From a bacterium (lineage in GTDB: Bacteria > J088 > JAWLBW01), in NCBI GenBank assembly GCA_041690355.1, contig JAWLHK010000003.1, forward strand, positions 235,428 to 299,427: a stretch of DNA of 64,000 nucleotides, read 5' to 3'. Position 1 is the first letter of the stretch. Each line of letters begins with the position of its first letter. This document shows, piece by piece, positions 51,746-60,645 of the stretch. Below the pieces are notes generated by a model. It saw nothing but the letters and a program-made list of their open reading frames with translations. It was not told where the DNA came from and did not search any database. Both the position numbers and the translations under genes were made by a program.

Positions 51746-51747
51746 CC

Positions 51748-54351
51748 TTACGCAGCCTTCCGTTCCGCCCGGCGGAACGAAAGGCGCTCGCCGTCGACAT
51801 CCGCCTCGACCGTCACCGGTTCGGTGCCGTCGCCCAGCTCGCCGTCGAGGATGCGCAGGGCCAGCGGGTCCTGCACTTCCTTCTGGATGAGCCGCTTGAG
51901 CGGACGCGCGCCGTAGACCGGATCGTAGCCGCGGTTGCCCAGCCATTCGCTCGCCGCCGGCGAGAGCACGAGATCGATCTTGCGCTCGGCGAGCCGCTTG
52001 CGAAGGCTCTGGAGCTGAATGTCGACGATGTGGTGAATCTGATCGCGCCCCAGGGCGCGGAAAATTACGATGTCGTCGATGCGGTTGAGGAACTCGGGGC
52101 GGAAGTGCTGGCGCACCACGTCCATGACCGCAGTCCGCATTCCCTCGTAGTCTTCGGTCTGGCCGGTAATGGCGTGGCTGCCGAGGTTGCTCGTCATGAT
52201 GATGACGGTGTTCTTGAAGTCGACCATCCGGCCCTGTCCGTCGGTCAGGCGGCCGTCGTCGAGCACCTGGAGCAGCACGTTGAACACATCCGGATGCGCC
52301 TTCTCGACCTCGTCGAAGAGGATGACGCTATAGGGGCGCCGGCGCACGGACTCGGTCAACTGGCCCCCTTCTTCAAAGCCGACGTATCCCGGGGGTGCGC
52401 CGATGAGCCGCGCCACCGTGTGCTTCTCCATGTACTCGCTCATATCGAGGCGCACCATGGCCTGCTCGTCGTCGAAGAGGAATTCGGCGAGCGCGCGGGC
52501 CGTCTCGGTTTTCCCCACGCCCGTGGGTCCGAGAAAGAGGAAGCTGCCGAGCGGGCGGTTCGGGTCAGACAGGCCTGCGCGGCTGCGGCGCACGGCGCTC
52601 GCCACGGCCGTGAGCGCTTCGTCCTGGCCGACAACCCGCAGTCGCAGGCGGTCTTCCATGTGGATGAGCTTCTCCTTTTCACCTTCGAGCATCTTGGAGA
52701 CGGGGATGCCGGTCCACTTGGAGACGACACGCGCAATCTCTTCGTCGGTCACTTCTTCCTTGAGCAGCGACTCGCCCCCTTCCTGCAGTTGTTCGATTTC
52801 ACGCTGTGCGTCGGCGAGGCTCTTCTCCAGATCGGGAAGCGTGCCGTACTTCACCTTCGCGGCGGCATCGTAATCGGAGTTGCGCTCGGCGGCGGCCATC
52901 TGGTTGCGCACGTCTTCGAGCTGCTCCTTGGCGCCGCGCAGCTTCTGAATGAGCTCCTTCTCGCGCTCCCACCGGGCGCGGAAGGCCTGGCTCTTCTCCT
53001 TGAGCTCGGCCATTTCGCGCTCGATCTTTTCAAGACGGTCGCGCGAGGCCGGATCGTTCTCTTTCTTCAGCGCCTGCCGTTCGATTTCGAGCTGGGTCGT
53101 GCGCCGATCGATCTCGTCCAGGGCCGTCGGCTTGGAGTCGATTTCGATGCGGAGGCGGCTGGCGGCTTCGTCCACGAGGTCGATGGCCTTGTCGGGGAGG
53201 AAGCGATCCGTAATGTACCGGTTCGACAGGCTCGCCGCCGCCACAATGGCGGAGTCGGTGATGCGCACGCCGTGGTGCACTTCGTAGCGCTCTTTCAGGC
53301 CGCGCAGGATCGACACCGTGTCTTCGACTGACGGCTCCTGCACGAGCACCGGCTGAAAGCGGCGTTCGAGCGCGGCATCCTTTTCGATATGCTTGCGGTA
53401 TTCGTCGAGCGTGGTCGCGCCGATGGCGTGCAGCTCGCCGCGCGCCAGGGCCGGCTTGAGCATGTTCGAGGCGTCCATGGCCCCTTCGGCCGCGCCGGCG
53501 CCGACGAGGGTGTGCAGCTCGTCGATGAAGAGGATGATTTCGCCTTCGGCGGCTGTGACCTCTTTGAGCACTGCTTTCAGCCGATCCTCGAATTCCCCGC
53601 GATACTTGGCGCCCGCGACCATGGAACCGAGGTCGAGCGCGAGAATCCGCTTGTTCTTCAGTCCTTCGGGAACGTCGCCGTCGACGATGCGGCGGGCGAG
53701 CCCTTCGACGATGGCGGTCTTGCCGACCCCCGGTTCGCCGATGAGCACGGGATTGTTCTTCGTGCGCCGCGAAAGTACCTGCACGGTACGCCGGATCTCT
53801 TCATCGCGGCCGATGACCGGATCCAGCTTGCCGCGCTTCGCGAGCGCCGTCAGATCCTTGGCATACCGTTCGAGCGCCTGGTACTTGTCTTCGGGGTTCT
53901 GATCGGTCACGCGCTGACTGCCGCGAACCTGCTGCAGGGTCTGGAGAAGCTTCGCGCGGTCGAACCCGGCCTGCTTGAACAGCGCCGCCGTGGCCCCCGC
54001 GCTGTCGAGCGCGGCGAGCAGAAGGTGTTCGGTGGAAACGTACTCGTCCTTGAGCTGCTTCGCCTCGTCTTCGGCCTTCGTGAACAGGCGCGAGAGGCGC
54101 CCCGACAGGTTCGGCGAGGCGCCCCCGGAGACGCGGGGCAGCTTGCTTACAGCGTCGTTGAACTGCTGCAGCAGGGCGTCGGGATCCTGGCCGGCCTTCT
54201 GCACGATGGGGCGCACGAGCCCTTCGCTGTCGGTGAGCAGCGACACCATCAGGTGCTCGACTTCGACCTCGGGGTTGCCCTGTCGATTGGCGACGCCGAG
54301 GGCGTCCTGAACCGCCTGCTGAGCTTTCACGGTAAATCGATCGAATCGCAT
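51748..54351 (-). CDS. clpB: ATP-dependent disaggregase ClpB
   Basis: Clp N repeats, GEPGVGKT, coiled-coil M domain, [15 protein letters not shown]. Confidence 0.98.
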   Translation of the reverse strand: MRFDRFTVKAQQAVQDALGVANRQGNPEVEVEHLMVSLLTDSEGLVRPIVQKAGQDPDALLQQFNDAVSKLPRVSGGASPNLSGRLSRLFTKAEDEAKQLKDEYVSTEHLLLAALDSAGATAALFKQAGFDRAKLLQTLQQVRGSQRVTDQNPEDKYQALERYAKDLTALAKRGKLDPVIGRDEEIRRTVQVLSRRTKNNPVLIGEPGVGKTAIVEGLARRIVDGDVPEGLKNKRILALDLGSMVAGAKYRGEFEDRLKAVLKEVTAAEGEIILFIDELHTLVGAGAAEGAMDASNMLKPALARGELHAIGATTLDEYRKHIEKDAALERRFQPVLVQEPSVEDTVSILRGLKERYEVHHGVRITDSAIVAAASLSNRYITDRFLPDKAIDLVDEAASRLRIEIDSKPTALDEIDRRTTQLEIERQALKKENDPASRDRLEKIEREMAELKEKSQAFRARWEREKELIQKLRGAKEQLEDVRNQMAAAERNSDYDAAAKVKYGTLPDLEKSLADAQREIEQLQEGGESLLKEEVTDEEIARVVSKWTGIPVSKMLEGEKEKLIHMEDRLRLRVVGQDEALTAVASAVRRSRAGLSDPNRPLGSFLFLGPTGVGKTETARALAEFLFDDEQAMVRLDMSEYMEKHTVARLIGAPPGYVGFEEGGQLTESVRRRPYSVILFDEVEKAHPDVFNVLLQVLDDGRLTDGQGRMVDFKNTVIIMTSNLGSHAITGQTEDYEGMRTAVMDVVRQHFRPEFLNRIDDIVIFRALGRDQIHHIVDIQLQSLRKRLAERKIDLVLSPAASEWLGNRGYDPVYGARPLKRLIQKEVQDPLALRILDGELGDGTEPVTVEADVDGERLSFRRAERKAA

Positions 54352-54375
54352 GCGCGAGTTCCTCCTGTGAGACCA

Positions 54376-54403
54376 ATATGCGCACGGATCCGCGATTTGC
54401 AAG
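54376..54403 (-). promoter_or_regulatory. Possible sigma32-type promoter of clpB
   Basis: CTTGCA-14 nt-GCGCATAT resembles CTTGAA-N13/14-CCCCATNT. Confidence 0.4.
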
Positions 54404-54504
54404 GGGGCGCACCTGCCCGCAATGCCAAATGCCCGCTGGCCAATGCCCGAGCCATCCGTGAATGGGGTAGAAGCGGTTCGGCTGTTCGTTTCTCGTTGGT
54501 CTTG

Positions 54505-54550
54505 GCCGACGTCCGGCGTCTTACGTCCGGCGTCCGGTCTCCGCCGTCCG
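54505..54550 (-). repeat. Heptamer array (CGTCCGG-type)
   Basis: gccgacgtccggcgtcttacgtccggcgtccggtctccgccgtccg, the reverse complement of the 34086 and 56598 arrays. Confidence 0.6.
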
Positions 54551-54616
54551 CTCTGGCCTACCGAGCGGTCGGGGTGCTATCATGTTGGCTCAACGCGTCA
54601 TCGAGAGGTCTCCGCC

Positions 54617-55198
54617 ATGATCAAGATCCCCACGAATCCCGACGATTTCTTCGACTCCTTTATTCCGACGACCTATCAGCAGGTCATGGCGGGACGCAAG
54701 CTTCCCGACGTTCCCTACAAGGTGACCGTCAGCGTGGGCTCGCGCACGTGGCTCTTCGGCTATCACGGCGGCAAACTGGAGCACCGCGCCGGAGCGAAGC
54801 CGGAAGAGGGGGACATCCGCGTCTCCCTGACGGAAGAAGACTTCTCGGAGCTCGTGCGCGCCGCCCGCTCGAATGCGCCCGAAGAGCTGCCCGAGCCGCC
54901 GCCGGTTCCGCCCACCTACCAGTTCCCCGACATCCAGACCCTGAAGGGCTGCATCCGTTCGGTCATCGACGACCTGGGGGATAAGCGGACCGTGGACGTC
55001 ATCTTCGGCGACGCTCCCGCCGGCAAGCCGACGGCGACCGTGCACACGACAGTGGATTTCATTGTCGGTCTGCAGGGGAAGACGCTCGCGGTCGATCAGA
55101 TCCTGAAGGCCGGGGGCGTCAAGGTCGAGGGGGACTTCAGCTACGTGCTGCGCGTCGCCAACGCCCTCACCGGCAAGACGCGGCGGCGGGAACGCTGA
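54617..55198 (+). CDS. Protein with SCP2 (sterol carrier)-like domains
   Basis: GAGG RBS; GDIRVSLTEEDFSEL and C-terminal GGVKVEGDFSYVLRVANAL SCP2-like motifs. Confidence 0.65.
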   Translation: MIKIPTNPDDFFDSFIPTTYQQVMAGRKLPDVPYKVTVSVGSRTWLFGYHGGKLEHRAGAKPEEGDIRVSLTEEDFSELVRAARSNAPEELPEPPPVPPTYQFPDIQTLKGCIRSVIDDLGDKRTVDVIFGDAPAGKPTATVHTTVDFIVGLQGKTLAVDQILKAGGVKVEGDFSYVLRVANALTGKTRRRER

Positions 55199-55263
55199 TT
55201 CGCCGCGCGCGCCGCGGCCGCCCCTGCTCTTCTTTTCCGCCTCATCTGTGGTATTGGTCCCTC

Positions 55264-56598
55264 ATGAACAATCGCTTCGTTCGCACGCTGTATGCCGTGG
55301 GCCAGATCGCCCTGGTGCTTTTTGCCTACCTCTGGTACCGGCGCGTCACCTATTATCGCGTCGGGCGCGATGGGCGGCGCGAAGCCCTCAACCGGGTTCA
55401 CGAGCAGTCGGCGCGCCGGCTGTTCGTGACCTTCGGACGCCTGCGCGGCGCCTACATCAAACTCGGCCAGTGGCTCTCGACGCAGGCCATTCTGCCGCCG
55501 GCCTACCTGATCGAGTTCGCGAAGATGCAGGATCAGGTGGAACCGCTCCCCTTCGCCCGCATCGAGGCCGCCCTCGAGCGGGCCTGGGGGGCTGACTGGC
55601 GCGACCGCTTCGACGATGTCGAGGAGAAACCGCTGGCCGCCGCCTCCATCGCCCAGGTGCACCGGGCCAGGCTCAAGGGGGGGCGCGAGGTCGTCATCAA
55701 GTGCCAGTATCCCGGCATCGAACGGTTCTTCTCAAAGGACCTCGCCCTCGTCGAAGTCATGCACCCCTGGTACGTGCGCGCCATCGAGCTGAACTTTCCC
55801 GAACTGCGCACGACCATCGATCACCGGGCGATGATTGCGGAACTGTTCCGCTACATCAACCGTGAGCTCGACTACGTGAACGAGCTGCACTACCAGAACA
55901 AGATGCGCGAGCTGTTCGCGACGTGGAAGAGCGTCATCATTCCCGAGCCGATTGAGGGGCTCTGCACGCCGCACGTGATCTGCATGGAGTACATCGAGGG
56001 GACGCGCATCCTCCCCTGGTTCGAGGCTGCCAATCAGGAAGACCGCGACAAGGTCTACGAGACCTTCGTCGACATGGCGCTCTACACGATGGTCGCCAAG
56101 GGAATCTTTCAGTCGGATACGCACCCCGGCAACTTTCTCATCACCCCCGACCACCGGCTCGTCCTGCTCGACTTCGGCTGCGTGAAGGAGCTCAAGCCCG
56201 AGTTCCGCAAGGGGACGATCGGGCTCGTGCAGGCCTATCTGAACCGGGATCCCCAGGCCGGCGCCGAGATCCTGTGGAACCTGGGATTCCGCACGCGGCA
56301 GCAGACGATCGAGTCGCTGACGAAGTGGATGGAGTACGCCATCAAGATGTCCGACGTCGTGCTCGATCACTTCAAGCACGGCCACGATCTGGTGGCGCAC
56401 CTGCAGGACAATCTGGCGGCGCTCAGCAAGGAGTTCACCGACCTGAACAGCCAGCACTCGGTCGCCAGCGTGCCCGAAGAGTACATGCTGCTCGGCCGCG
56501 CCCTGGCCACCTCTCCGGTGCCCCTCGACAAGTACAAGCCGCAGGTGGACGTGATACCCCTCGCCCTCGAGCACCTGGCCGAGGCGGGGCGGGATTAG
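55264..56598 (+). CDS. AarF/UbiB/ABC1 family atypical kinase
   Basis: YIKLGQWLS, AAASIAQVHRA, VIKCQYP, ELDY, SDTHPGN, LLDFG. Confidence 0.92.
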   Translation: MNNRFVRTLYAVGQIALVLFAYLWYRRVTYYRVGRDGRREALNRVHEQSARRLFVTFGRLRGAYIKLGQWLSTQAILPPAYLIEFAKMQDQVEPLPFARIEAALERAWGADWRDRFDDVEEKPLAAASIAQVHRARLKGGREVVIKCQYPGIERFFSKDLALVEVMHPWYVRAIELNFPELRTTIDHRAMIAELFRYINRELDYVNELHYQNKMRELFATWKSVIIPEPIEGLCTPHVICMEYIEGTRILPWFEAANQEDRDKVYETFVDMALYTMVAKGIFQSDTHPGNFLITPDHRLVLLDFGCVKELKPEFRKGTIGLVQAYLNRDPQAGAEILWNLGFRTRQQTIESLTKWMEYAIKMSDVVLDHFKHGHDLVAHLQDNLAALSKEFTDLNSQHSVASVPEEYMLLGRALATSPVPLDKYKPQVDVIPLALEHLAEAGRD

Positions 56599-56753
56599 CC
56601 GGACGCCGGACGTCGGCGAAGCAAGGGCTTCCAAACCTCCCGCTTCGCGGCCCGCTCGTCGTGCGCCTTGTGAGTCAGGACTCCCCGGGGGGAGCATGCA
56701 CGCTGCGAATGGCAGATTGCAGATGAAACGCCAGTTGCCGGCCGTTTCCACAG

Positions 56754-56800
56754 AGCCCTGAAGGGGCGACGGCCAATTGCCCAGGGCAGCGCCCTGGGTA
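56754..56800. repeat. Solo REP-like element
   Basis: AGCCCTGAAGGGGCG ... CCCAGGGC-AGC-GCCCTGGG, same architecture as the palindromes beside tnpA. Confidence 0.65.
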
Positions 56801-56936
56801 GCGGAAGGGTCTGCCCTTTTTCCTCTTGTCCTTCCCGCGAGCGTCGGCGAGCAGCCGGCACCTGGTACCCCTGCGGAGGCCACCCCGAGCGAGTAGACCA
56901 GGGTCCTTTCCGGAAATCAGACGTCCGACGTCTGCC

Positions 56937-57317
56937 CTAGGCCTCGATCTCGTCCAGCAGAATCTGGACCTTCTGTATGAGGTCGGCAGGGTCGATGGGC
57001 TTGGTCACATAGGCGTCGCAACCGCTGGCGAAGCAGCGCTGGAGTTCCTTTTCGTCGTCACGGGCGGTCACGATCACGACGGATACGTTCGCCAGCTCGG
57101 GGCGCGACTTGATCACCTTGCAGATGGTGTCGCCGTTCATGCCCGGGAGCATCAGATCAAGGAGGACGATGTCCGGCTTCTCGTGAAGAATCATCTTCAG
57201 CGCGTCGGTCCCGTTCTCGCAGGTCAGCATCTCCAAATCAAGGCCCGCGAGAATCTCGCGCTCCTGTTCCAGGATGCTGCGCACGTCGTCAACCAGCAGG
57301 ATACGTGCTCTGGACAT
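56937..57317 (-). CDS. Single-domain response regulator
   Basis: LLVDD, LLDLMLPGMNG, VTAR, YVTKP. Confidence 0.93.
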   Translation of the reverse strand: MSRARILLVDDVRSILEQEREILAGLDLEMLTCENGTDALKMILHEKPDIVLLDLMLPGMNGDTICKVIKSRPELANVSVVIVTARDDEKELQRCFASGCDAYVTKPIDPADLIQKVQILLDEIEA

Positions 57318-57415
57318 ATAGGGCCCTCCCTCAAGGCCTATACATTGTACAGGCCGCCAGACCGAGTACGCAAGCTAACCCCCTGGATTCTCTTGGCAAT
57401 TCGGCCCCGCGGAAC

Positions 57416-57451
57416 AAAAAGGGCCCGAAAGGCACATGTCCTTCCGGGCCC
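57416..57451 (-). terminator. Terminator after the SCP2 gene
   Basis: GGGCCCGGAAGG/CCTTTCGGGCCC stem followed by TTTTTG on the minus strand. Confidence 0.75.
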
Positions 57452-57474
57452 CGGAATCTGCGGTCGAGAGGAGC

Positions 57475-57795
57475 TCAGCCGCCCAGCACGTTGCCGAGCT
57501 TCATGGCGAGGCCCATGTCGCCCTGGACCTTGAGCTTGCCGCTCATGAAGGCCATCTGCGGGTTCAGCTTGCCGCCCACGATGTTGACGAAGTCTTCGTC
57601 GCCAACCGTGATCGTGCACTGCGCGTCGCCTTCGCCGGCTTCGACAGCCGCGTCGGGACCGAGCTTCACGCGCCACACGCCGCCGTTGTCACCGGTAACG
57701 TTGAACTTGTAGGTCGCGTTGAGGGAAGCAACCTTGTCCTTGTTGCTTTCCAGGTTCTTCGGGATCTCGTTTTCGAAGATCTCTTTGGGCGTCAT
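57475..57795 (-). CDS. Stand-alone SCP2 sterol/lipid-binding protein
   Basis: GKLNPQMAFMSGKLKVQGDMGLAMKL signature; GGGAG RBS before ATG 57795. Confidence 0.93.
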   Translation of the reverse strand: MTPKEIFENEIPKNLESNKDKVASLNATYKFNVTGDNGGVWRVKLGPDAAVEAGEGDAQCTITVGDEDFVNIVGGKLNPQMAFMSGKLKVQGDMGLAMKLGNVLGG

Positions 57796-57842
57796 GTGTG
57801 CAATCTCCCATACAGGTAAAAAGGGAACACTGAAACGGATAC

Positions 57843-57860
57843 TGAATGATGATTCAGTCA
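57843..57860. promoter_or_regulatory. TetR/FadR-like operator overlapping the -35 of the SCP2 gene
   Basis: TGAATGA-TGAT-TCAGTCA, same TGANTGA-N4-TCANTCA pattern as 48514-48531. Confidence 0.7.
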
Positions 57861-57994
57861 ACACACCGTAGCATGCCATCCGCACGCCTGTCAAGAGAAC
57901 CGTCCGGTCGCCGGAGCGCAGTCGAATCCAAATTGCACCGGGGATTCGAGGGTGCCATTCTGGGGACAGGACCGCATGGGGAGAAAGGGGAGGT

Positions 57995-58312
57995 ATGGAC
58001 GGTTCGCGCCTGCTCGGGGCCGGCGTCATCATGTCGCTGCTGTTGCTGTTGTCGCTCGCCTTCTCGCCGCCCGCGCGGGCTGAAAGCGGGTGGCGCGTGC
58101 GGGTTCAGCAGCGCGCGCTGACCCACCGGCTCGTTGCACTCGGGTACAGCCGCGGCGACGCCGAACGGACCATTGCCGCCCTGTCGGCGGCCGAACTCGA
58201 GCGCCTGTCGCGCAACATCGGGCTCACCCGGCCGGCCTCGACGCTCGCCTCGGTACTGGGCCTGCTCGTCTTCGTACTCTTCGGTCTGCTCGTGCTCCGG
58301 GTCTGGAGGTAA
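57995..58312 (+). CDS. PA2779-like secreted/membrane protein, copy 1
   Basis: Signal peptide (PPARA), LVALGYSRGDAERTIAALSAAELERL, C-terminal TM. Confidence 0.65.
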   Translation: MDGSRLLGAGVIMSLLLLLSLAFSPPARAESGWRVRVQQRALTHRLVALGYSRGDAERTIAALSAAELERLSRNIGLTRPASTLASVLGLLVFVLFGLLVLRVWR

Positions 58313-58314
58313 GC

Positions 58315-58632
58315 ATGCTGGGCCCGCTGTTTGCCGCGCTGCTTTCCGTGTCCGAACCGGCCGCCGCTCCGGCCCGCGAAGATGCCTGGCTGAGCCGTCA
58401 GCAGAACATCCTGCGCATCGAGCAGGCGATTCTTGGAGACGGCCTGGCCAACGTCTCGGTGTCGGACGAGGAGGTTCGCCGCCGACTCTCGGGGATGAGC
58501 AATCAGGAACTGCGCGAGCTGGCCGGTTCGCTCGATGAGCGCGCGAGTCTGCGCAGTCCGCTCATGATTGTCGCCGGCAGCGTGCTGATGCTGATCTTCG
58601 TCGTCCTGATCGTGGTTGCCGTGCTGGAGTAA
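58315..58632 (+). CDS. PA2779-like protein, copy 2
   Basis: GGAGG RBS; EEVRRRLSGMSNQELRELA, C-terminal TM. Confidence 0.65.
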   Translation: MLGPLFAALLSVSEPAAAPAREDAWLSRQQNILRIEQAILGDGLANVSVSDEEVRRRLSGMSNQELRELAGSLDERASLRSPLMIVAGSVLMLIFVVLIVVAVLE

Positions 58633-58640
58633 CCTCCGGA

Positions 58641-58859
58641 AGCGCCAACGAACAAGGGCCTGTGTACACAAGGTACTTTCGGGTCAATCGTCAATCGTCA
58701 ATCGTAAATCGTCAATTGCCAATCGCCTGACTCGTCACTGGCTGAAGCGCCAAGCGCCAAGCACCGAGCGCCAACAAAGCAAGGGCCCTTGTGCACAAGG
58801 TACTTTCCGGTCAATCGTCAATCGTCAATCGTAACTCGTCAATTGCCTGACTCGTCACT
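58641..58859. repeat. Imperfect direct repeat (99 bp and 93 bp copies) containing (TCAATCG)n arrays
   Basis: Copies at 58641-58739 and 58767-58859; spacer built of AAGCGCC heptamers. Confidence 0.9.
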
Positions 58860-59998
58860 CCCAGCAGTTTCGCCACCACCTCGCCGATCGCCGGGGCTGC
58901 CGTGAGTCCCGGGCTCTCGATACCGATCAGATTGATCCAGCCGGCGAGGCCGCGGTCGGTCTCCTGGCGCACCACGAAGTCGCGGAAGCTGCCGTCGGCC
59001 GCCAGCTTGGGCCGGATGCCCGCATAGGCGGGAACGAGATCCCCCGCGGTCAGCTCGGGAACGTAATGACGTGACTCCGCGAGCAGGGCGGCCGCGCGCT
59101 CCGCATGCACAGAGTAGTCGAATTCCCCATTCGGCAGGCGCGGTGCGGGTTGCGCATCGGGCCCCAGCCGCACCCCTCCCGCCGGATCGCAGACGAGATG
59201 CGCGCCGAGGTGGGTTCCCGCGGCGGGGGGGATCGGGTAGATCAGGTGCGGAAGCCTCCCGCGCAGCCGGGGAACTTCGAAGAGATTCCCCTTCCAGAAA
59301 TGCTGGCGGTAGCCGACCGCATCCACGTCGATGCCGGCGAGCGCGGCGACCCGGTCGGCCTCGAGCCCCGCGGCGTTCACGACGGCATCGGCGCCGATTT
59401 CCACATGGGTCCCCTGCGGAAGTTCCACCGTCAGCGTGTAGCCGGAAGCGGAAGGCTCGACCGCCGCGAGCCGATGCCGCAGCGCCACGGTTCCCCCCGC
59501 GGCGAGGAAATCAGCCTCGAAGGAGCGGACGAGGTCGTGCGCCGAAACGATGGCCGAGGAGGGAACCTCCAGGGCGCCGCCGATGCGCAGCCAGGGGAAG
59601 CGGGCGGTGATCTCCTGTGCGGAAGCGAATGCGACCCCGGGGATCTCGAGGGCCCGCGCGTGGCGGTGCAGCCGCTCGAGCGCCGCCGCCCCACGGTCCC
59701 CTTCCCCTTCACCGATGACCACCCACTTGCCGACCGGGCGGAAGGGGACGTTTCGTCGCGCGCACCATTCGTGCAGCAGCGCGTTGCCGCGGATACAGAG
59801 CAGCGTTTTCAGACTTTCGGGCGGATAGAAGAGCCCCGCGTGCACGACCTCGGAGTTGCGGCTCGTGGTTTCGAGGCCGAGCCGCTCGTTGCGCTCGAGG
59901 AGCACCGTGGCCAGGCCGCCCCGCTGCAGGGCCCGGGCAACCGCCATGCCTACCACCCCGCCGCCGACGACGGCCGCGCCGAAGCGGAGCTCGGTCAC
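58811..59998 (-). CDS. FAD-dependent oxidoreductase, L-2-hydroxyglutarate oxidase (LhgO)-like
   Basis: GTG 59998 overlaps lipB stop; GGGVVG, ETTSRNSEVVHAG, YAGIRPK, GIESPGLTAA. Confidence 0.88.
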   Translation of the reverse strand: MTELRFGAAVVGGGVVGMAVARALQRGGLATVLLERNERLGLETTSRNSEVVHAGLFYPPESLKTLLCIRGNALLHEWCARRNVPFRPVGKWVVIGEGEGDRGAAALERLHRHARALEIPGVAFASAQEITARFPWLRIGGALEVPSSAIVSAHDLVRSFEADFLAAGGTVALRHRLAAVEPSASGYTLTVELPQGTHVEIGADAVVNAAGLEADRVAALAGIDVDAVGYRQHFWKGNLFEVPRLRGRLPHLIYPIPPAAGTHLGAHLVCDPAGGVRLGPDAQPAPRLPNGEFDYSVHAERAAALLAESRHYVPELTAGDLVPAYAGIRPKLAADGSFRDFVVRQETDRGLAGWINLIGIESPGLTAAPAIGEVVAKLLGVTSQAIDELRLTIDD

Positions 59999-60645
59999 GC
60001 CTCGGGCTCCGCCTCGATTTCGAGCTGCGCCCGAAGCAACGCGGCGAGCCGCTCGCCCAGCTGCCGCCCGATGGCGGCACGGTCGGGGCCGGCGACCCCG
60101 AGCGTGGCCAGCGAGCACATTTCGATGGGGAGGCCGCAGGGGTGGATCTTGTGGAAGGGGGCAAGATCGTTGTCGACGTTCAGGGCGAGGCCGTGCATGG
60201 TCACATCCCGGTGCACGGCGAGGCCGATGCTCGCGAGCTTCTGCGCGCCGACGAAAACGCCGCGCCACCCCTCCTTTCGTTCCGCAAGCAGGCCGAACGA
60301 CGCGGCGACGTCGATAATCGCCTGCTCGATCGCTTCCACCAGATTTGGCAGAGTAAGCCGCCAGGCGTCGAGCGGAAGGATCAGATAGACGACGGCCTGC
60401 CCCGGCCCATGGAAGGTGATTTCGCCGCCGCGGTCGGTCTTGAAGATCGGAATCGATTCGTCGCGCTCCTTGAAGCGATCGGGGGCGTCGCGGCGGCCCA
60501 GGGTGTACACCGGTTCGTGCTCGAGCGAGAGGAGGATCGGCGCGCTTCCCCCGCGGACCTCGTCGTGCGCGCGGCGCTGCAGGTCGAGGCCGTGCTCGTA
60601 GGAAACCCGGCCGCATTCGCGGAAGCGGAGGATGCGCGCGCTCAT
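59995..60645 (-). CDS. lipB: Octanoyltransferase
   Basis: LEHEPVYTLGR, RGGEITFHGPGQ, KLASIG, HGLALNV, IHPCG. Confidence 0.95.
   Translation of the reverse strand: MSARILRFRECGRVSYEHGLDLQRRAHDEVRGGSAPILLSLEHEPVYTLGRRDAPDRFKERDESIPIFKTDRGGEITFHGPGQAVVYLILPLDAWRLTLPNLVEAIEQAIIDVAASFGLLAERKEGWRGVFVGAQKLASIGLAVHRDVTMHGLALNVDNDLAPFHKIHPCGLPIEMCSLATLGVAGPDRAAIGRQLGERLAALLRAQLEIEAEPEA

Noticed and set aside
58641..58859. Possible mini-CRISPR array
   Set aside because: Only two units of 93-99 bp, the spacer is itself a heptamer repeat, and no cas genes are present
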